Origin: Candidatus Cloacimonadales bacterium
Lineage (GTDB): Bacteria > Cloacimonadota > Cloacimonadia > Cloacimonadales > JAIOQZ01
DNA length: 64,000 bases
Direction: 5' to 3'
NCBI GenBank assembly: GCA_963665815.1
Contig: OY762463.1
Span: forward strand, 3,328,001 to 3,392,000
Position 1 is the stretch's first letter, and the number at the start of each line of letters is the position of its first letter. This document shows positions 38,231 through 49,409 of this stretch, piece after piece. A program made the translations under genes and the position numbers. The notes beneath the pieces were generated by a model. It searched no databases. It saw nothing but the letters and a program-made list of their open reading frames with translations, and was not told where the DNA came from.

Positions 38231-40480
38231 CTAACACTTTGACCAACCGCAACTGTGACACTTCAAACATCCTTCTGAATGTTCTACTACACTGCCGCAA
38301 TCAGGACAAGTTGTTCCCATTTTACCGGGTACAGACAGCATTTTTCTATTATCCGTATTAATTCTTATATCTGTAATTTTTTCATCACCCATAATTTTAA
38401 GGAAGTTCTCCAGTGCATAAGCCATACCATCTGCACAGGAAGTAATCATTTTTCCTTTATACCACATTGGCTGAGGACATCTTATGCCTTTAAGCTGACG
38501 AATGATTGATGTCACCTTAATATCTGAACGAAGCCCGAGCGAAGCCAGTCTTGCCACTGATTCCATCTGTGCAGATGCACATCCTCCGACTTTTCCTATC
38601 TGTGTAAATATCTCGCAAGCACCTCTTTCATCTCTGTTTATTGTAATGTAAAGGTGACCACAACCTGTTTCTACTCTCTGAGTAATACCTTGAGTTATCT
38701 CCGGCCTTGAACGTGGAGCAATACTTGGTTTGCCTTCTTCGGTTTCTTTTATTGTTTTACCTACATTCAGAACCTGATTGTCTCTGCTGCCATCTCTATA
38801 GACAGTCAGTCCTTTACAACCAAGCTGATATGCCAGTTCATAGGCTATTCTTATATCATTAACTTCTGCATCTCTGGTAAAGTTGATAGTCTTGGAAACC
38901 GCATTATCTGTGTATGCCTGGAATGCTGCCTGCATTTTAATATGCCATTCAGGGGAAATATCATGTGATGTAACGAATACCTGTTTGATTTCATCAGGGA
39001 TCTCGTCGATATGAGCAACAGAACCTGTTTCTGATACTTTTTCCATGAGTTCCTGAGAGTAGATTCCAGCATCTTTCACAGCTTTTTCGAAATGAGGGTT
39101 TATATATAGAAGTTTCTCTCCGTCCATGACATTTTTTACAAATACGAGTGAGAATTGCGGTTCGATTCCACTGGAAGTATTGGCTATCATACTGATTGTT
39201 CCGGTTGGAGCAATAGTTGTCACTGTCGCATTTCTCATTCCCTTTTTCTTAATCTGCTTGATTAGTTTATCCCAGTTCTTATTACATGTTTTACGATCCA
39301 GTGTACCTGTATCGAAAATACTACCTTTAAAATTCGGGAATGATTCTTTCTGTTCTGCCAGTTCCATGGATCTTACCTTTGCATGATAATCTATGAATTC
39401 CATAATTTCTGCAGCAAGCATAGTTGCTTCTTCTGAGTTATAAGGTATTTTCATTTTAAAAAGCAGATCTGCCCAGCCCATAACACCAAGTCCGATTTTT
39501 CTGTTAGATTTTACGGTTTCATCGATTTCCGGTAATGGGAAGTTAGATTTGTCAATAACATCATCAAGAAAATCAACACAAGTTTCTGTTACTTCTCTGA
39601 GGTTATTCCAATCTATTTTTTCATCATTATAGAAAGCTGAAAGATTGATTGATCCGAGGTTACATGCTTCGTTAGGTAAGAGAGGCTGTTCACCACATGG
39701 ATTTGTACTTTCTATTTCACCGATCTGTGGTGTCGGGTTATGTTTGTTGATTCTATCGAGGAAAATGATTCCCGGCTCACCGTTTTTATGTGCCATTTCA
39801 ACAATCAGTGAGAATATCTCTCTGGCATTGATATTATCCTGGACTTCTCCTGTATGCGGGGAGATTAATTCATAATCTGTATTTTGTGTTACTGCAGTCA
39901 TAAAGTCTTCAGTAAGTCCGACACTGATGTTAAAGTTTGTAAGTTCTTTAAGATCGTGTTTGCATTTGATGAAGTCTCTGATTTGAGGGTGTTGCACATT
40001 GAGGATAGCCATGTTAGCTCCTCGTCTTGTACCACCTTGTTTTACAGCATCGGTTGCAGCATTAAACACTTTCATAAATGATATTGGTCCGCTTGATACA
40101 CCATTGGTTGTTTTTACTCTGGCATTAGCTTCTCTGAGTTTACTGAAACTGAAACCTGTTCCTCCACCGCTTTTATGGATTAGTGCGGCATTTTTTATGG
40201 AAGTAAAAATACTTTCCATACTGTCTTCTACAGGAAGTACAAAACAGGCAGAAAGCTGCTGCAGGTCGTTTCCGGCATTCATAAGTGTAGGTGAGTTAGG
40301 CAGGAATTTACCGGAATCAAGAAGTTGATAATATTTCTCTGCTTTTTCAGAATCATCTCCGGCAATATTTCCGGATACACGAGTTAACAACTTTTCCCAA
40401 TCTTCTACCGGTTCACCTTGTTTGTTCTTTTTAAAATATCTTTTATTCAATACGACTTTCGCATTATCAGTTAAGTGCAT
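38231..40480 (-). CDS. nrdJ: class II (adenosylcobalamin-dependent) ribonucleotide reductase with C-terminal TSCPD domain and Zn ribbon
   Basis: FLPNSPTLMNAG, LSACFV, TNPCGEQPL, TIAPTGTIS, YRDGSR, ITSCAD and terminal CPDCG..C..CGWSKC. Confidence 0.93.
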   Translation of the reverse strand: MHLTDNAKVVLNKRYFKKNKQGEPVEDWEKLLTRVSGNIAGDDSEKAEKYYQLLDSGKFLPNSPTLMNAGNDLQQLSACFVLPVEDSMESIFTSIKNAALIHKSGGGTGFSFSKLREANARVKTTNGVSSGPISFMKVFNAATDAVKQGGTRRGANMAILNVQHPQIRDFIKCKHDLKELTNFNISVGLTEDFMTAVTQNTDYELISPHTGEVQDNINAREIFSLIVEMAHKNGEPGIIFLDRINKHNPTPQIGEIESTNPCGEQPLLPNEACNLGSINLSAFYNDEKIDWNNLREVTETCVDFLDDVIDKSNFPLPEIDETVKSNRKIGLGVMGWADLLFKMKIPYNSEEATMLAAEIMEFIDYHAKVRSMELAEQKESFPNFKGSIFDTGTLDRKTCNKNWDKLIKQIKKKGMRNATVTTIAPTGTISMIANTSSGIEPQFSLVFVKNVMDGEKLLYINPHFEKAVKDAGIYSQELMEKVSETGSVAHIDEIPDEIKQVFVTSHDISPEWHIKMQAAFQAYTDNAVSKTINFTRDAEVNDIRIAYELAYQLGCKGLTVYRDGSRDNQVLNVGKTIKETEEGKPSIAPRSRPEITQGITQRVETGCGHLYITINRDERGACEIFTQIGKVGGCASAQMESVARLASLGLRSDIKVTSIIRQLKGIRCPQPMWYKGKMITSCADGMAYALENFLKIMGDEKITDIRINTDNRKMLSVPGKMGTTCPDCGSVVEHSEGCLKCHSCGWSKC

Positions 40481-40500
40481 ACTTTATTCCCTTTATATAA

Positions 40501-41946
40501 TTATTTTTCAATCCAGTATTGGTATAATTCCTCAGTAGAAAACATTCTACCGGAATTTTTCAATGAGTACTTTATTATGTCCCAGTAAAGAGATCCCCAT
40601 CCGGGGAAATCAATCCAGTCGAAAGTACGAAAATGCCAGAGCAGTGAAATATGTCCATTATGATTTTCAACTTTTTTTATGAGATTTTTAACTCTTTTTC
40701 TGGCAGTGCTTAAGCCAAGATTCATTGTTATCCTGGAGTAGAGAGAAACATCCATCACAATCAGAGGTATTTCCAGAATATGGAACGGACGATTTTCTTC
40801 CATATTGAAAGGATTAAACGGAAAAGAAATACCTGCTCTAAAGCCTATGGATTCCCAGAAACCAAGCGTAGAATCAAAGCGAATTCCGTTTTCTTCCATT
40901 ATCTTAAAACTGGTCTGGTAATCAAATGCAAGATTATGGAATCTGCATCCCTGAGCATTAAAACCTTTTCTTTTGAGCTCTTCCATGTCTTGTCTGAAGC
41001 ATTCAGCATCAAATGCCGATTCCGGTCTGGCATGAATTCCAACAAATCGCTCTTCCAGTAGTTCAGCAATTTCTCTAACGGTTTCATCGTCATTAAGATA
41101 GCCGTATCGAGGTTCGTCTTTATCCTTGTGTACTAATCCTGACAACAGGTTGACTGTTGAATCATTGTAAAGACGTGACTCATAGTTGAGGATAGATCTA
41201 TTTCGTTTATTCTCCTGCAAAAACATTTTTTTATGGAACAGGTGAAACCAGTATTTATACATGGCAGCAGCAGGATTTTTCAGTAATCTCTGTTTGTTAT
41301 GCTGCAGCACTGATTCAATCTGTTCTTTTGTCCAGAATTTCCAGTAATCCATGTCGTGGGACAGAGAAAGCCCGAATTTATGAAGACTTCCCCATGCATT
41401 GATATTAGTCATAGAGGGTTTTGTAATCTCAATAGATTTTCTGAGAATATTTATGTAGTAATCCACAACAGGTGTTTCTGTAAGGTTATTCTCAAACTGA
41501 AAAGATTTTTTGAAATCAAATCTGTTTTGCCCGTCAAGCTTTTCAAAATATTCCTGATAGCAGGAAAGAAAGTAAAAAGCTGAAGCTACAATATCTTTTC
41601 TTATAAAAGTTGTCTTTGTGGTGATATGAAATATCTCTCCCGGAAGAGAGAATAAAAACGGTATGTATTCATTATGAAAGAACTGCATAGAATAATGCAG
41701 ATGATCAGGGTGCTTTCTTTCAGTGAAAAAAGCCGCAGCATCATCTGAGTGATAGATCTTTACAGAAGCTTCCGTATCGGAATGTCTACCATAGTAAAGA
41801 TCTATCTTGGCAGATGAATATGTATAGTAAATCTTTGGCTGTAAATTAAGAATCTTACAAAATGTCCTGATTACGTATTCTGCTTTTGGAATAAACGCAG
41901 GTTCTACATTAATCAGAACTCTAAGCAGATTTTCATTTCTGTTCAT
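40501..41946 (-). CDS. polysaccharide deacetylase-like protein
   Basis: LSHDMD, GIH, RFHNL, FDSTLGF...GFRAG..FPF, LEIPLIVMD and LLWH. Confidence 0.75.
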   Translation of the reverse strand: MNRNENLLRVLINVEPAFIPKAEYVIRTFCKILNLQPKIYYTYSSAKIDLYYGRHSDTEASVKIYHSDDAAAFFTERKHPDHLHYSMQFFHNEYIPFLFSLPGEIFHITTKTTFIRKDIVASAFYFLSCYQEYFEKLDGQNRFDFKKSFQFENNLTETPVVDYYINILRKSIEITKPSMTNINAWGSLHKFGLSLSHDMDYWKFWTKEQIESVLQHNKQRLLKNPAAAMYKYWFHLFHKKMFLQENKRNRSILNYESRLYNDSTVNLLSGLVHKDKDEPRYGYLNDDETVREIAELLEERFVGIHARPESAFDAECFRQDMEELKRKGFNAQGCRFHNLAFDYQTSFKIMEENGIRFDSTLGFWESIGFRAGISFPFNPFNMEENRPFHILEIPLIVMDVSLYSRITMNLGLSTARKRVKNLIKKVENHNGHISLLWHFRTFDWIDFPGWGSLYWDIIKYSLKNSGRMFSTEELYQYWIEK

Positions 41947-41965
41947 TAATACTGTCTGTTATTTT

Positions 41966-44290
41966 CTAGTCAGTAAGTACTGTTTCGAAAACATCCTCTA
42001 TAGTTTTTGCATATATAGCTGTCATTCCTTCACGAACATCAGCTTTAACTTCCTCGAATGAATCTCTATTTTCTTCCGGGATAACGACAGTGTTAATTCC
42101 AGCTCGTTTTGCCGCAAGTATTTTTTCTCTAATTCCTCCGACAGGGAGTACTTTTCCTCTTAGAGTTATCTCTCCGGTCATGGCTATATTATGTTGAACT
42201 TTTTTACCTGTTAATAGAGAAAGCAGGCAGGTTGTAAGTGTAACACCGGCTGAAGGTCCGTCTTTAGGGACTGCTCCTGCCGGCAGGTGAATGTGAACAT
42301 CATTCTTTGTGAATATCTCAGGGTTAATTCCGTGTTTTTCCGAGATACTTTTTACAAGACTTACAGCTATTCTGGCAGATTCCTTCATTACTTCTCCAAG
42401 CAGACCTGTAAGAATAAGCTGACCTTTTCCGGGTAGCAGTGTACCTTCGCAGAAAAGAATTTCTCCACCAAAGGAAGTCCAGGCAAGTCCTGTAACAACC
42501 GCTACTTCAGGTTTTCTGTTCGCCAGATCGTGCGAAATTTTTCTTCTTCCCAGATAATCAGATACATTTTTAGATGTAACTGTAATTTTTTCATTGCTGC
42601 CTTCAGCTACTTTTCTAGCTATCTTACGCATTACAGTCCCAATTCGTCTCTGAAGAGTTCTGACTCCGGCTTCTCTTACGTAATACCTGATAATCTCTTC
42701 CAGAGCTGATTTCATAACTCTGACTTCATTGCCTGAAAGCCCATTGTTTTCCATTTCTCTTGGTACCAGGTATTTACGGCCAATCTGTACTTTTTCCTCT
42801 TCAATGTAACTGGAGAAATTAATGATTTCCATCCTGTCCCTGAGAGGTCCCGGAATAGTACCGAGATCATTAGCTGTAGTGATGAACATCACTTCTGAAA
42901 GATCAAAAGGCAGGTTCAGGTAATTATCGACAAAATTATTGTTTTGTTCTGGATCGAGTACTTCCAGTAGTGCTGAAGCAGGATCACCTCTGAAGTCTTT
43001 ACCGATTTTATCAATTTCATCAAGCATGAAGAGTGGATTTGCAGTTCCGGCTCTTTTTATCTCGTTAATGATTTTACCGGGCATTGCCCCGATATATGTA
43101 CGTCTGTGTCCTCTTACTTCCGATTCATCATGGATACCTCCAAGAGAAATCCGGATGAACTTTCTTTTCATTGCCCTGGCTATTGAACGTCCAAGAGATG
43201 TCTTTCCGACTCCCGGAGGTCCTGCAAAGCAGAGGATTGGTCCTTTTAAGCTGCTTTTTAGTTTTTTTACAGCAATAAATTCCATGATCCTTTCTTTTGC
43301 TTTATCAAGTCCATAGTGGTCTTTTGTGAGAATTTGATCAATTTTCTTCAAATCAAGTCTGTCTTCGCTGTATTTATTCCAGGGCAGATTAACTATCCAT
43401 TCCAGATAGTTTCTGATTACGCTGTACTCACTTGAAGACGGAGACATGACTGAAAGTCTTTCAAGTTCTTCTCTTGCAGTTTCTTCAACTTGTTCAGGCA
43501 GATCAGCTTTATTTATAAGGGCTTCCCACTTCTTGTATTCCTGATTTACTTCATCAGATTCACCGAGTTCTTTCTTAATAGCATCTAGTTGTTCTCTGAG
43601 ATAGTACTTTCTCTGGTCCTCATCCATTTCCAGTTGGATATTGGATCTGATTCGATTTTCGATCTTCATCTGTTTGATCATCTCAGAAAGGTATTGGTTC
43701 AAGAGTTCAAATCTTTTCTGAAGATCCAGAGTAGAAAGAATAATCTGTTTCTTTTCAACACTGATGTTAACATTACCTGCTATAATATCTGCGACCCTGC
43801 TGGGTTGTTTTACACTGCGAAGTCCCATGATCAGCTCTTTGGATAGATCATTACTTTCTTCGACGATGTTTTCAAGGAGTTCTATAGCAACTTTTTTAAG
43901 TGCGTCTATTTTGGGTGAATCATCAGAAGTTTCAGGGATAGTCTCAGCTTCAACCATTAAATATGGTTCCTCCTGAATTATTTTTTCCACTTTAAGGCGG
44001 GATATCCCCTGCAAAAGCAAACTTATGGTTCCGTCATTATTTCTGAGCATTCTCAGAATCGAAACAGCTGTACCATATTCATATATATCTTTTGAGTTTT
44101 CAGTATCATTTTCATTGTCTTTTGCCAGAAAAAACCCCAGGAGCTTTTCACTGTTCAGTGCGAAATCTATAACCTTCTTCAGGTTACTGTCAGAAACAAC
44201 TAAGGGCATCATTAAGTAAGGGTACATAACAATGTTATTTACCTGAATTACTGCAAGCTGTCTTGGAATTCTTTTTGTTGGTTCGCTCAT
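41966..44290 (-). CDS. lon: ATP-dependent protease La
   Basis: LON N-domain, [22 protein letters not shown] and PKDGPSAG. Confidence 0.97.
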   Translation of the reverse strand: MSEPTKRIPRQLAVIQVNNIVMYPYLMMPLVVSDSNLKKVIDFALNSEKLLGFFLAKDNENDTENSKDIYEYGTAVSILRMLRNNDGTISLLLQGISRLKVEKIIQEEPYLMVEAETIPETSDDSPKIDALKKVAIELLENIVEESNDLSKELIMGLRSVKQPSRVADIIAGNVNISVEKKQIILSTLDLQKRFELLNQYLSEMIKQMKIENRIRSNIQLEMDEDQRKYYLREQLDAIKKELGESDEVNQEYKKWEALINKADLPEQVEETAREELERLSVMSPSSSEYSVIRNYLEWIVNLPWNKYSEDRLDLKKIDQILTKDHYGLDKAKERIMEFIAVKKLKSSLKGPILCFAGPPGVGKTSLGRSIARAMKRKFIRISLGGIHDESEVRGHRRTYIGAMPGKIINEIKRAGTANPLFMLDEIDKIGKDFRGDPASALLEVLDPEQNNNFVDNYLNLPFDLSEVMFITTANDLGTIPGPLRDRMEIINFSSYIEEEKVQIGRKYLVPREMENNGLSGNEVRVMKSALEEIIRYYVREAGVRTLQRRIGTVMRKIARKVAEGSNEKITVTSKNVSDYLGRRKISHDLANRKPEVAVVTGLAWTSFGGEILFCEGTLLPGKGQLILTGLLGEVMKESARIAVSLVKSISEKHGINPEIFTKNDVHIHLPAGAVPKDGPSAGVTLTTCLLSLLTGKKVQHNIAMTGEITLRGKVLPVGGIREKILAAKRAGINTVVIPEENRDSFEEVKADVREGMTAIYAKTIEDVFETVLTD

Positions 44291-44318
44291 AATCTTCTCT
44301 CCAGTTTTTCTAAAAGTC

Positions 44319-44475
44319 GAGATCTTTGCAATATTGGAGTAGTTGACTCGATTTTAGAATTCATCAAATTCTGACTCAAATTAAGCTTCTTTAAGAAGTT
44401 TTCCTGATGAATTAAAAAATCTCATCGATACTATTTATCCAAAGCCGTTTATTTTTGCTATTATGCAAAGCTCTC
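44319..44475. mobile_element. 157-bp MITE with IS5/IS1106-like terminal inverted repeats and AAGTC target duplication
   Basis: GAGATCTTTGCA...TGCAAAGCTCTC, flanked on both sides by AAGTC (44314-44318 and 44476-44480). Confidence 0.8.
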
Positions 44476-44586
44476 AAGTCTTACTTTTATAAATAATTTA
44501 CAACAAAAGCATTGTAAGTCAAATCAAATTTGAAATATACACTTTGTGTATGATGATATTTATTATCTAATACAGGTATAACTAAT

Positions 44587-45804
44587 TTATTGGCATCTTA
44601 TTACATCTATAGGGTTTTTAAGTAACGCTTTTCTGGCGGGATACCAGCTTGCTACAACAGAAATCAGAATTACGACTGCTGAAACTATCAGGTAGTCGTT
44701 AACATTGATTATTATTGGCAGACTCCTGATTGGAAATCCCTGAATAGAAACGCTTATCAGTTTGTATTTAATCTGTAGAAGGCTGAATAGCAATGAGGTA
44801 GTAACTCCGATTATCAGACCACTTATAGCAATTACAGCTCCACTTACAACAAACAGATTGCTGACGATTCTATCTGAAAAACCCATAGCTTTCAAGATAC
44901 CTATTTCATAGTTTTTCTCAGTAATCATTTTTATAAAATTACTACTGATGTTGAATGCCACAATGATAAACATAATTGAAATGACAAAAAACATCAGGAA
45001 TTTCTCAATTCTAATAGCTTTATAAATATTGGAATCAAATTCCGTCCAGTTCTCAACAATAAACTCATCACCAAGCTGTTTCTGAATCAATGCAGCTTTT
45101 TTATATGATTTAAAAGGATTCTCTGTAGAAACTGCGATATAATCACATTTTCCTTTATGAGATTTGAGATACTGAACATTTGGAAGTGAAATATAGGCAA
45201 TAACTTTGTTATAATCCGGCATTCCGGTGTCAATCAGGGAGATGACTCGCAGTTTTTTCTGAGCAGGCATTAACCCGAATGGTGTTGGAATTCCAAAATC
45301 CGGTGATGTAACTGTAACATATTCACCGACAGTAACATTCAGATTCATAGACAGATCCATACCGAGAATAACTCCATCTTCAGCAAAACTGTTCTCATTG
45401 ATTTCTCCGACAATGTTCTGATCATGGAGATCAATTACATTTAAATGGGAGTTCAGATCAACACCATAACAAAGCACCGGAGCAAGTCTCCCTTCCGATG
45501 ACATCATACATTCAAGCCTGCTGACGGGAGAGGATTCGGTATCATCCGTGTTTAATCTGTCTGCCAGTTCATGATAATTTTCAATAGGTGAATAGTCTTT
45601 GCTGTGAACCCAAATCTCTGACTTTGTTTTCACAATATGCTCTATCATATAATGCTGCATACCATTAAGAATGGATACAATTACAATTGTTGCTACAACA
45701 CCGATTACGATACCTGCAAGGGCAAGCAGATGATGCGTTGAGAAAAGCATTCGGTTTCTTTTTCTTAAATATTTCAGAGCGAGAAAGTATGTCAGATTAT
45801 TCAT
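44587..45804 (-). CDS. LolC/LolE-family ABC permease
   Basis: ALKYLR, GIVIGV...SILNG, EIGILKAMG and SWYPARKA...P. Confidence 0.88.
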   Translation of the reverse strand: MNNLTYFLALKYLRKRNRMLFSTHHLLALAGIVIGVVATIVIVSILNGMQHYMIEHIVKTKSEIWVHSKDYSPIENYHELADRLNTDDTESSPVSRLECMMSSEGRLAPVLCYGVDLNSHLNVIDLHDQNIVGEINENSFAEDGVILGMDLSMNLNVTVGEYVTVTSPDFGIPTPFGLMPAQKKLRVISLIDTGMPDYNKVIAYISLPNVQYLKSHKGKCDYIAVSTENPFKSYKKAALIQKQLGDEFIVENWTEFDSNIYKAIRIEKFLMFFVISIMFIIVAFNISSNFIKMITEKNYEIGILKAMGFSDRIVSNLFVVSGAVIAISGLIIGVTTSLLFSLLQIKYKLISVSIQGFPIRSLPIIINVNDYLIVSAVVILISVVASWYPARKALLKNPIDVIRCQ

Positions 45805-45859
45805 TTATTATCCATTCAATTTTGAATTATCAATACAGGTTGAAAAGGTGGGAATCAAA

Positions 45860-46774
45860 TTATCCGGAAAGAAGTTTTGCTACAACTTTAATTAACGGGT
45901 ATAAGATTACACAGACCAATATTGATATTGAAACTGTATTAACAGCGAGTTTAGTGTCAAGTTTTTCAAGATCAGAAAATACAATAGCATTGTATCCTGA
46001 TGGTGTTGCTCCGATAAGCAGGGCAAGCTGAGTATTAGTTTCATTGAAACCGAATAACTTTGCAAGAACTAATGCCAGAAAGAATCCCAGAGCAACTTTA
46101 ATGAATATTGCTGTTAACATTAATCTCAATTTGTATATCTTGAAACTGAATTTTGCTCCCAGAATAATGAATGTCAGGGGAATAGTCATTTTTCCGAGTA
46201 TATTAAGAGTTTTGTCTAACTGCTCAGGAATTGTAATTCCGGTTTTATTCAGCAATATGGCAATAACAAGTGCCCAGAATGGTGGAACAGTAAGAATCTT
46301 CAGTATAAGAGATGCAGAGAAAGATTTTCCTGTTCCGAAATATGCTGCAATGGCATAGAACACTGTAAATACTAGAAGGGCGTTTCCCATATCAAACATA
46401 ATCAGAGTAATAACTTTTTCACTTCCCATATCCAGCATTACCAACGGTAACAAAAATCCTATATTAAGGATAGTTGTACTGAGAATGAAGGATCCCTTTG
46501 TTTTCTGGTCAAGCTTAAGCAAATAACTTAAAGCAAAAGATACAGATGTCAGAGTTGAGATGTGAATGATTGAGAATAGGGGAAAAGCAAGATTTGCTGA
46601 ATTGAAAGTATACGTCTTATAATTTGATAGTATCAAGGAGGGGATAATAAAATAGAACAGGAATCGAAGGAGTTTTGTAGATACATTTTCATCCAGAATT
46701 TTCAGTTTACGAGAAAAAACTCCGATACAGAATAAAATAAGTACCGGAGTTATAGTGATAAATGTTTCGATCAT
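45860..46774 (-). CDS. AEC-family membrane transporter
   Basis: About 10 hydrophobic segments; P.LI, NIGF, P...I.LG and TPS motifs. Confidence 0.85.
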   Translation of the reverse strand: MIETFITITPVLILFCIGVFSRKLKILDENVSTKLLRFLFYFIIPSLILSNYKTYTFNSANLAFPLFSIIHISTLTSVSFALSYLLKLDQKTKGSFILSTTILNIGFLLPLVMLDMGSEKVITLIMFDMGNALLVFTVFYAIAAYFGTGKSFSASLILKILTVPPFWALVIAILLNKTGITIPEQLDKTLNILGKMTIPLTFIILGAKFSFKIYKLRLMLTAIFIKVALGFFLALVLAKLFGFNETNTQLALLIGATPSGYNAIVFSDLEKLDTKLAVNTVSISILVCVILYPLIKVVAKLLSG

Positions 46775-48045
46775 TTACTGAATATTTCTTTAAATTTATC
46801 GTATTTAATTGTTCCTGATAAAGAGAATTGAGAAGATCCGGTATCACCGAGGTCAGCGGAAAATGCAGCGTTAAGATCAAACGCATCTGCAGAGTAGGTG
46901 AGACCACCGGTCAGGAATGTAGTATTGTTGGAGATGATTGATCCGAAGTTGTATTCGTTTGACCAGTCAGCAGAGTGATATTGAGTCTGATCGCACATTG
47001 GAAGATTGTAATCTCCTGAGAATACTTCCGGCATACTGATAAGCCCTACTCTGAAAGTAGTTTTGTCTTTAGTTTTTTCAAGACCTGCTTTAAGAATCAT
47101 TCTATCATCGAATTCCGAATTCATTTCGCTTGTTTTTTCGTAATTCATTTCTCCGAGAATTGTGATTTTTTGGGTTTCAATAGCAACACCGGCACCAATT
47201 ATTGCCGGTATTGTTACAGTGTATTTTCCACCGTAACCCATATCGAAATCCTGCTCGGTTCCTGTTTTGTATGTTGCACCAAGTGTAAACATACCTTTTT
47301 TATATAGAAAACCCGGCATGATTGAGAAATATGTTACATTATCTCCATCATGACCATAGTTAAAATGAAGTCTTTCTGTCTGAATGTCTACGATATTTAA
47401 TATACTGTTTAATCCTAAAGTAAGTCCTTCAACCGGCATTGCGTAGTTGGCAGATAATGTGAGATCGAATTTACGAAAAGATGTATCAAAATCGTAAACT
47501 TCTCCAGCATGAGAGACATGAGCAAAGTTGTTCAGATCAAGTGATTGAGGTATTGAAAAACTGAATGCAATATTTCCTGACCTACCAAGTTTTCTACCAT
47601 AGCTGATAATTCCTGATGGATAGGCTGAACCCATTTTAGTATTTCTATTTTCCGTTGTAAGAGCGTATTCTTCAACAATATTACCATCAATGTTTTCTTT
47701 TGAATAATTATAATAATCCGAGTAATCTTCTACTTCCGGTTTGAAACTTATTTCGATGTAAGTGTCTTTACTGTTGACTTTGAAACCTGCAGGGTTAAGA
47801 GTAGCGTTCTCAATTCCTTCGCATACAGGTATTCCAATGTGTCCTCTCCCCATAGCTTTTGTATTAAGCCTGTTGCGTGAGAAACTGTCAAACATTGGCT
47901 GCATGAATTCAGGGGATTCAAACCAGAGAAAATCATCATTGTAATAAGTGTTTTCCACATCTGTGCCTTCAACAGGGATGAATTCCGCTGCTAAGCCGGA
48001 AATTAATAATGACATTAACAGTGCTGAAAAAAGTAATCGTCGCAT
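46771..48045 (-). CDS. FadL/PorV-like outer-membrane beta-barrel protein
   Basis: Signal peptide; 'TKAMGRG......ENATLNPAG' plug motif; amphipathic strands. Confidence 0.6.
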   Translation of the reverse strand: MRRLLFSALLMSLLISGLAAEFIPVEGTDVENTYYNDDFLWFESPEFMQPMFDSFSRNRLNTKAMGRGHIGIPVCEGIENATLNPAGFKVNSKDTYIEISFKPEVEDYSDYYNYSKENIDGNIVEEYALTTENRNTKMGSAYPSGIISYGRKLGRSGNIAFSFSIPQSLDLNNFAHVSHAGEVYDFDTSFRKFDLTLSANYAMPVEGLTLGLNSILNIVDIQTERLHFNYGHDGDNVTYFSIMPGFLYKKGMFTLGATYKTGTEQDFDMGYGGKYTVTIPAIIGAGVAIETQKITILGEMNYEKTSEMNSEFDDRMILKAGLEKTKDKTTFRVGLISMPEVFSGDYNLPMCDQTQYHSADWSNEYNFGSIISNNTTFLTGGLTYSADAFDLNAAFSADLGDTGSSQFSLSGTIKYDKFKEIFSK

Positions 48046-49304
48046 TAAGCCTCCTCTCTGATAATTGTTTGTTTTCTGTCAGGACCTACAGATACAATGC
48101 TCACAGGGGTCCGTAAAAGCTCCTCAATCCTGTGAATATAGTTTTTAGCATTCTGCGGCAGGTCTTTATATCCGGAAATCTGGCATGTCGAAGACTTCCA
48201 CCCTGGCAGTTCTTCGTAAACCGGTTCAATATTCAGGTATTGGATATTGTTATCCGGCATTTTATCTGTCAATTTACCGTCAATTTTATAGTGAGTACAA
48301 ATTTTAATTGTATCAAAGTCATCAAGAACATCAAGCAGAGTCAGAGCAATATCGGAGACTCCGTTTATCATGGCAGTATAACGAGCTGCAACTGCATCAA
48401 ACCAGCCGCATCGTCTCGGACGTCCTGTAGTAGCACCAAACTCATTGCCGGCAGTTCTGATTTTTTCTCCTGTTTCATCGTTGAGCTCTGTTACAAATGG
48501 TCCGTTGCCTACTCTGGTAAAATAGCTTTTATATACTCCAACAACTCGTTCAATTTTAACAGGAGGAAATCCTGTTCCGGTAGCTATAGCACCACTTATT
48601 GTATTTGAAGAAGTTACAAACGGGTAAGTCCCGAAGTTAACATCAAGAAGTGCTCCCTGAGCTCCTTCAAACAAGAGTGTTTTACCTTCTTCGTACATCT
48701 CATTAAGCAAATATGGAACTGATTCTGTATATTGTTTAAGTTTTTGTCCAACAGCAAAGAGTTCTTTAACCTGTTCTTCAAAATCATCAAATGGGAAACC
48801 ATGAGTATGATAGAAATTTTCAAGTCTTTCTCTCAGGACTTTTTCATCAAGGATATGAGAAACACGCAATGCCACTCGTGAAACATTGTCAGCGTATGCC
48901 GGACCTATTCCACGCTTGGTAGTTCCGATTTTTGTAAGCCCCGGTGTATCTTCTCTTTTGTTATCCAAAGCAACATGATGAGGAAGCACCAGTGTGGTTC
49001 TTGGGTCGATTTTGAATCTGCCTTCAAAAGCAATCCCCTGTCTTTCGAGTGCTCCCATCTCTTCCAGAAGCTGGTAAGGGTTGACGACAACACCTGCACC
49101 AAGAACACAGATTTTATCTTTATATAATATTCCTGCCGGAACTAAGTGAAAAACGTATTTTTTATCTTCAAGATGAATTGTGTGACCCGCGTTGTTTCCG
49201 CCCTGGAAACGTATTACCGCATCTGCTTTTTCTGCCAGGAAGTCAGTAATCTTAGCTTTTCCTTCGTCTCCATACAAACAACCCAGAACTGCAAGTGAAC
49301 TCAT
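48045..49304 (-). CDS. purA: adenylosuccinate synthetase
   Basis: GDEGKAK, RFQGGNNAGHT, GTTKRGIGPAY, EGAQG and EFGATTGRPRRCGW. Confidence 0.97.
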   Translation of the reverse strand: MSSLAVLGCLYGDEGKAKITDFLAEKADAVIRFQGGNNAGHTIHLEDKKYVFHLVPAGILYKDKICVLGAGVVVNPYQLLEEMGALERQGIAFEGRFKIDPRTTLVLPHHVALDNKREDTPGLTKIGTTKRGIGPAYADNVSRVALRVSHILDEKVLRERLENFYHTHGFPFDDFEEQVKELFAVGQKLKQYTESVPYLLNEMYEEGKTLLFEGAQGALLDVNFGTYPFVTSSNTISGAIATGTGFPPVKIERVVGVYKSYFTRVGNGPFVTELNDETGEKIRTAGNEFGATTGRPRRCGWFDAVAARYTAMINGVSDIALTLLDVLDDFDTIKICTHYKIDGKLTDKMPDNNIQYLNIEPVYEELPGWKSSTCQISGYKDLPQNAKNYIHRIEELLRTPVSIVSVGPDRKQTIIREEA

Positions 49305-49409
49305 TATATCTCCTTATTCAATAAGAACTTTATTACGGAGCTTTTTATAGAGTACACAAAAAAATTGTCAAGAAAGCAAAACTGTAATTTATTGCTTTTG
49401 AGGTAAAAA

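Noticed and set aside
38231-40480. Intein or intron in nrdJ
   Set aside because: Normal length, contiguous motifs and no splice-junction signatures.
40481-40500. Cobalamin riboswitch upstream of nrdJ
   Set aside because: Only 20 bp of intergenic space.
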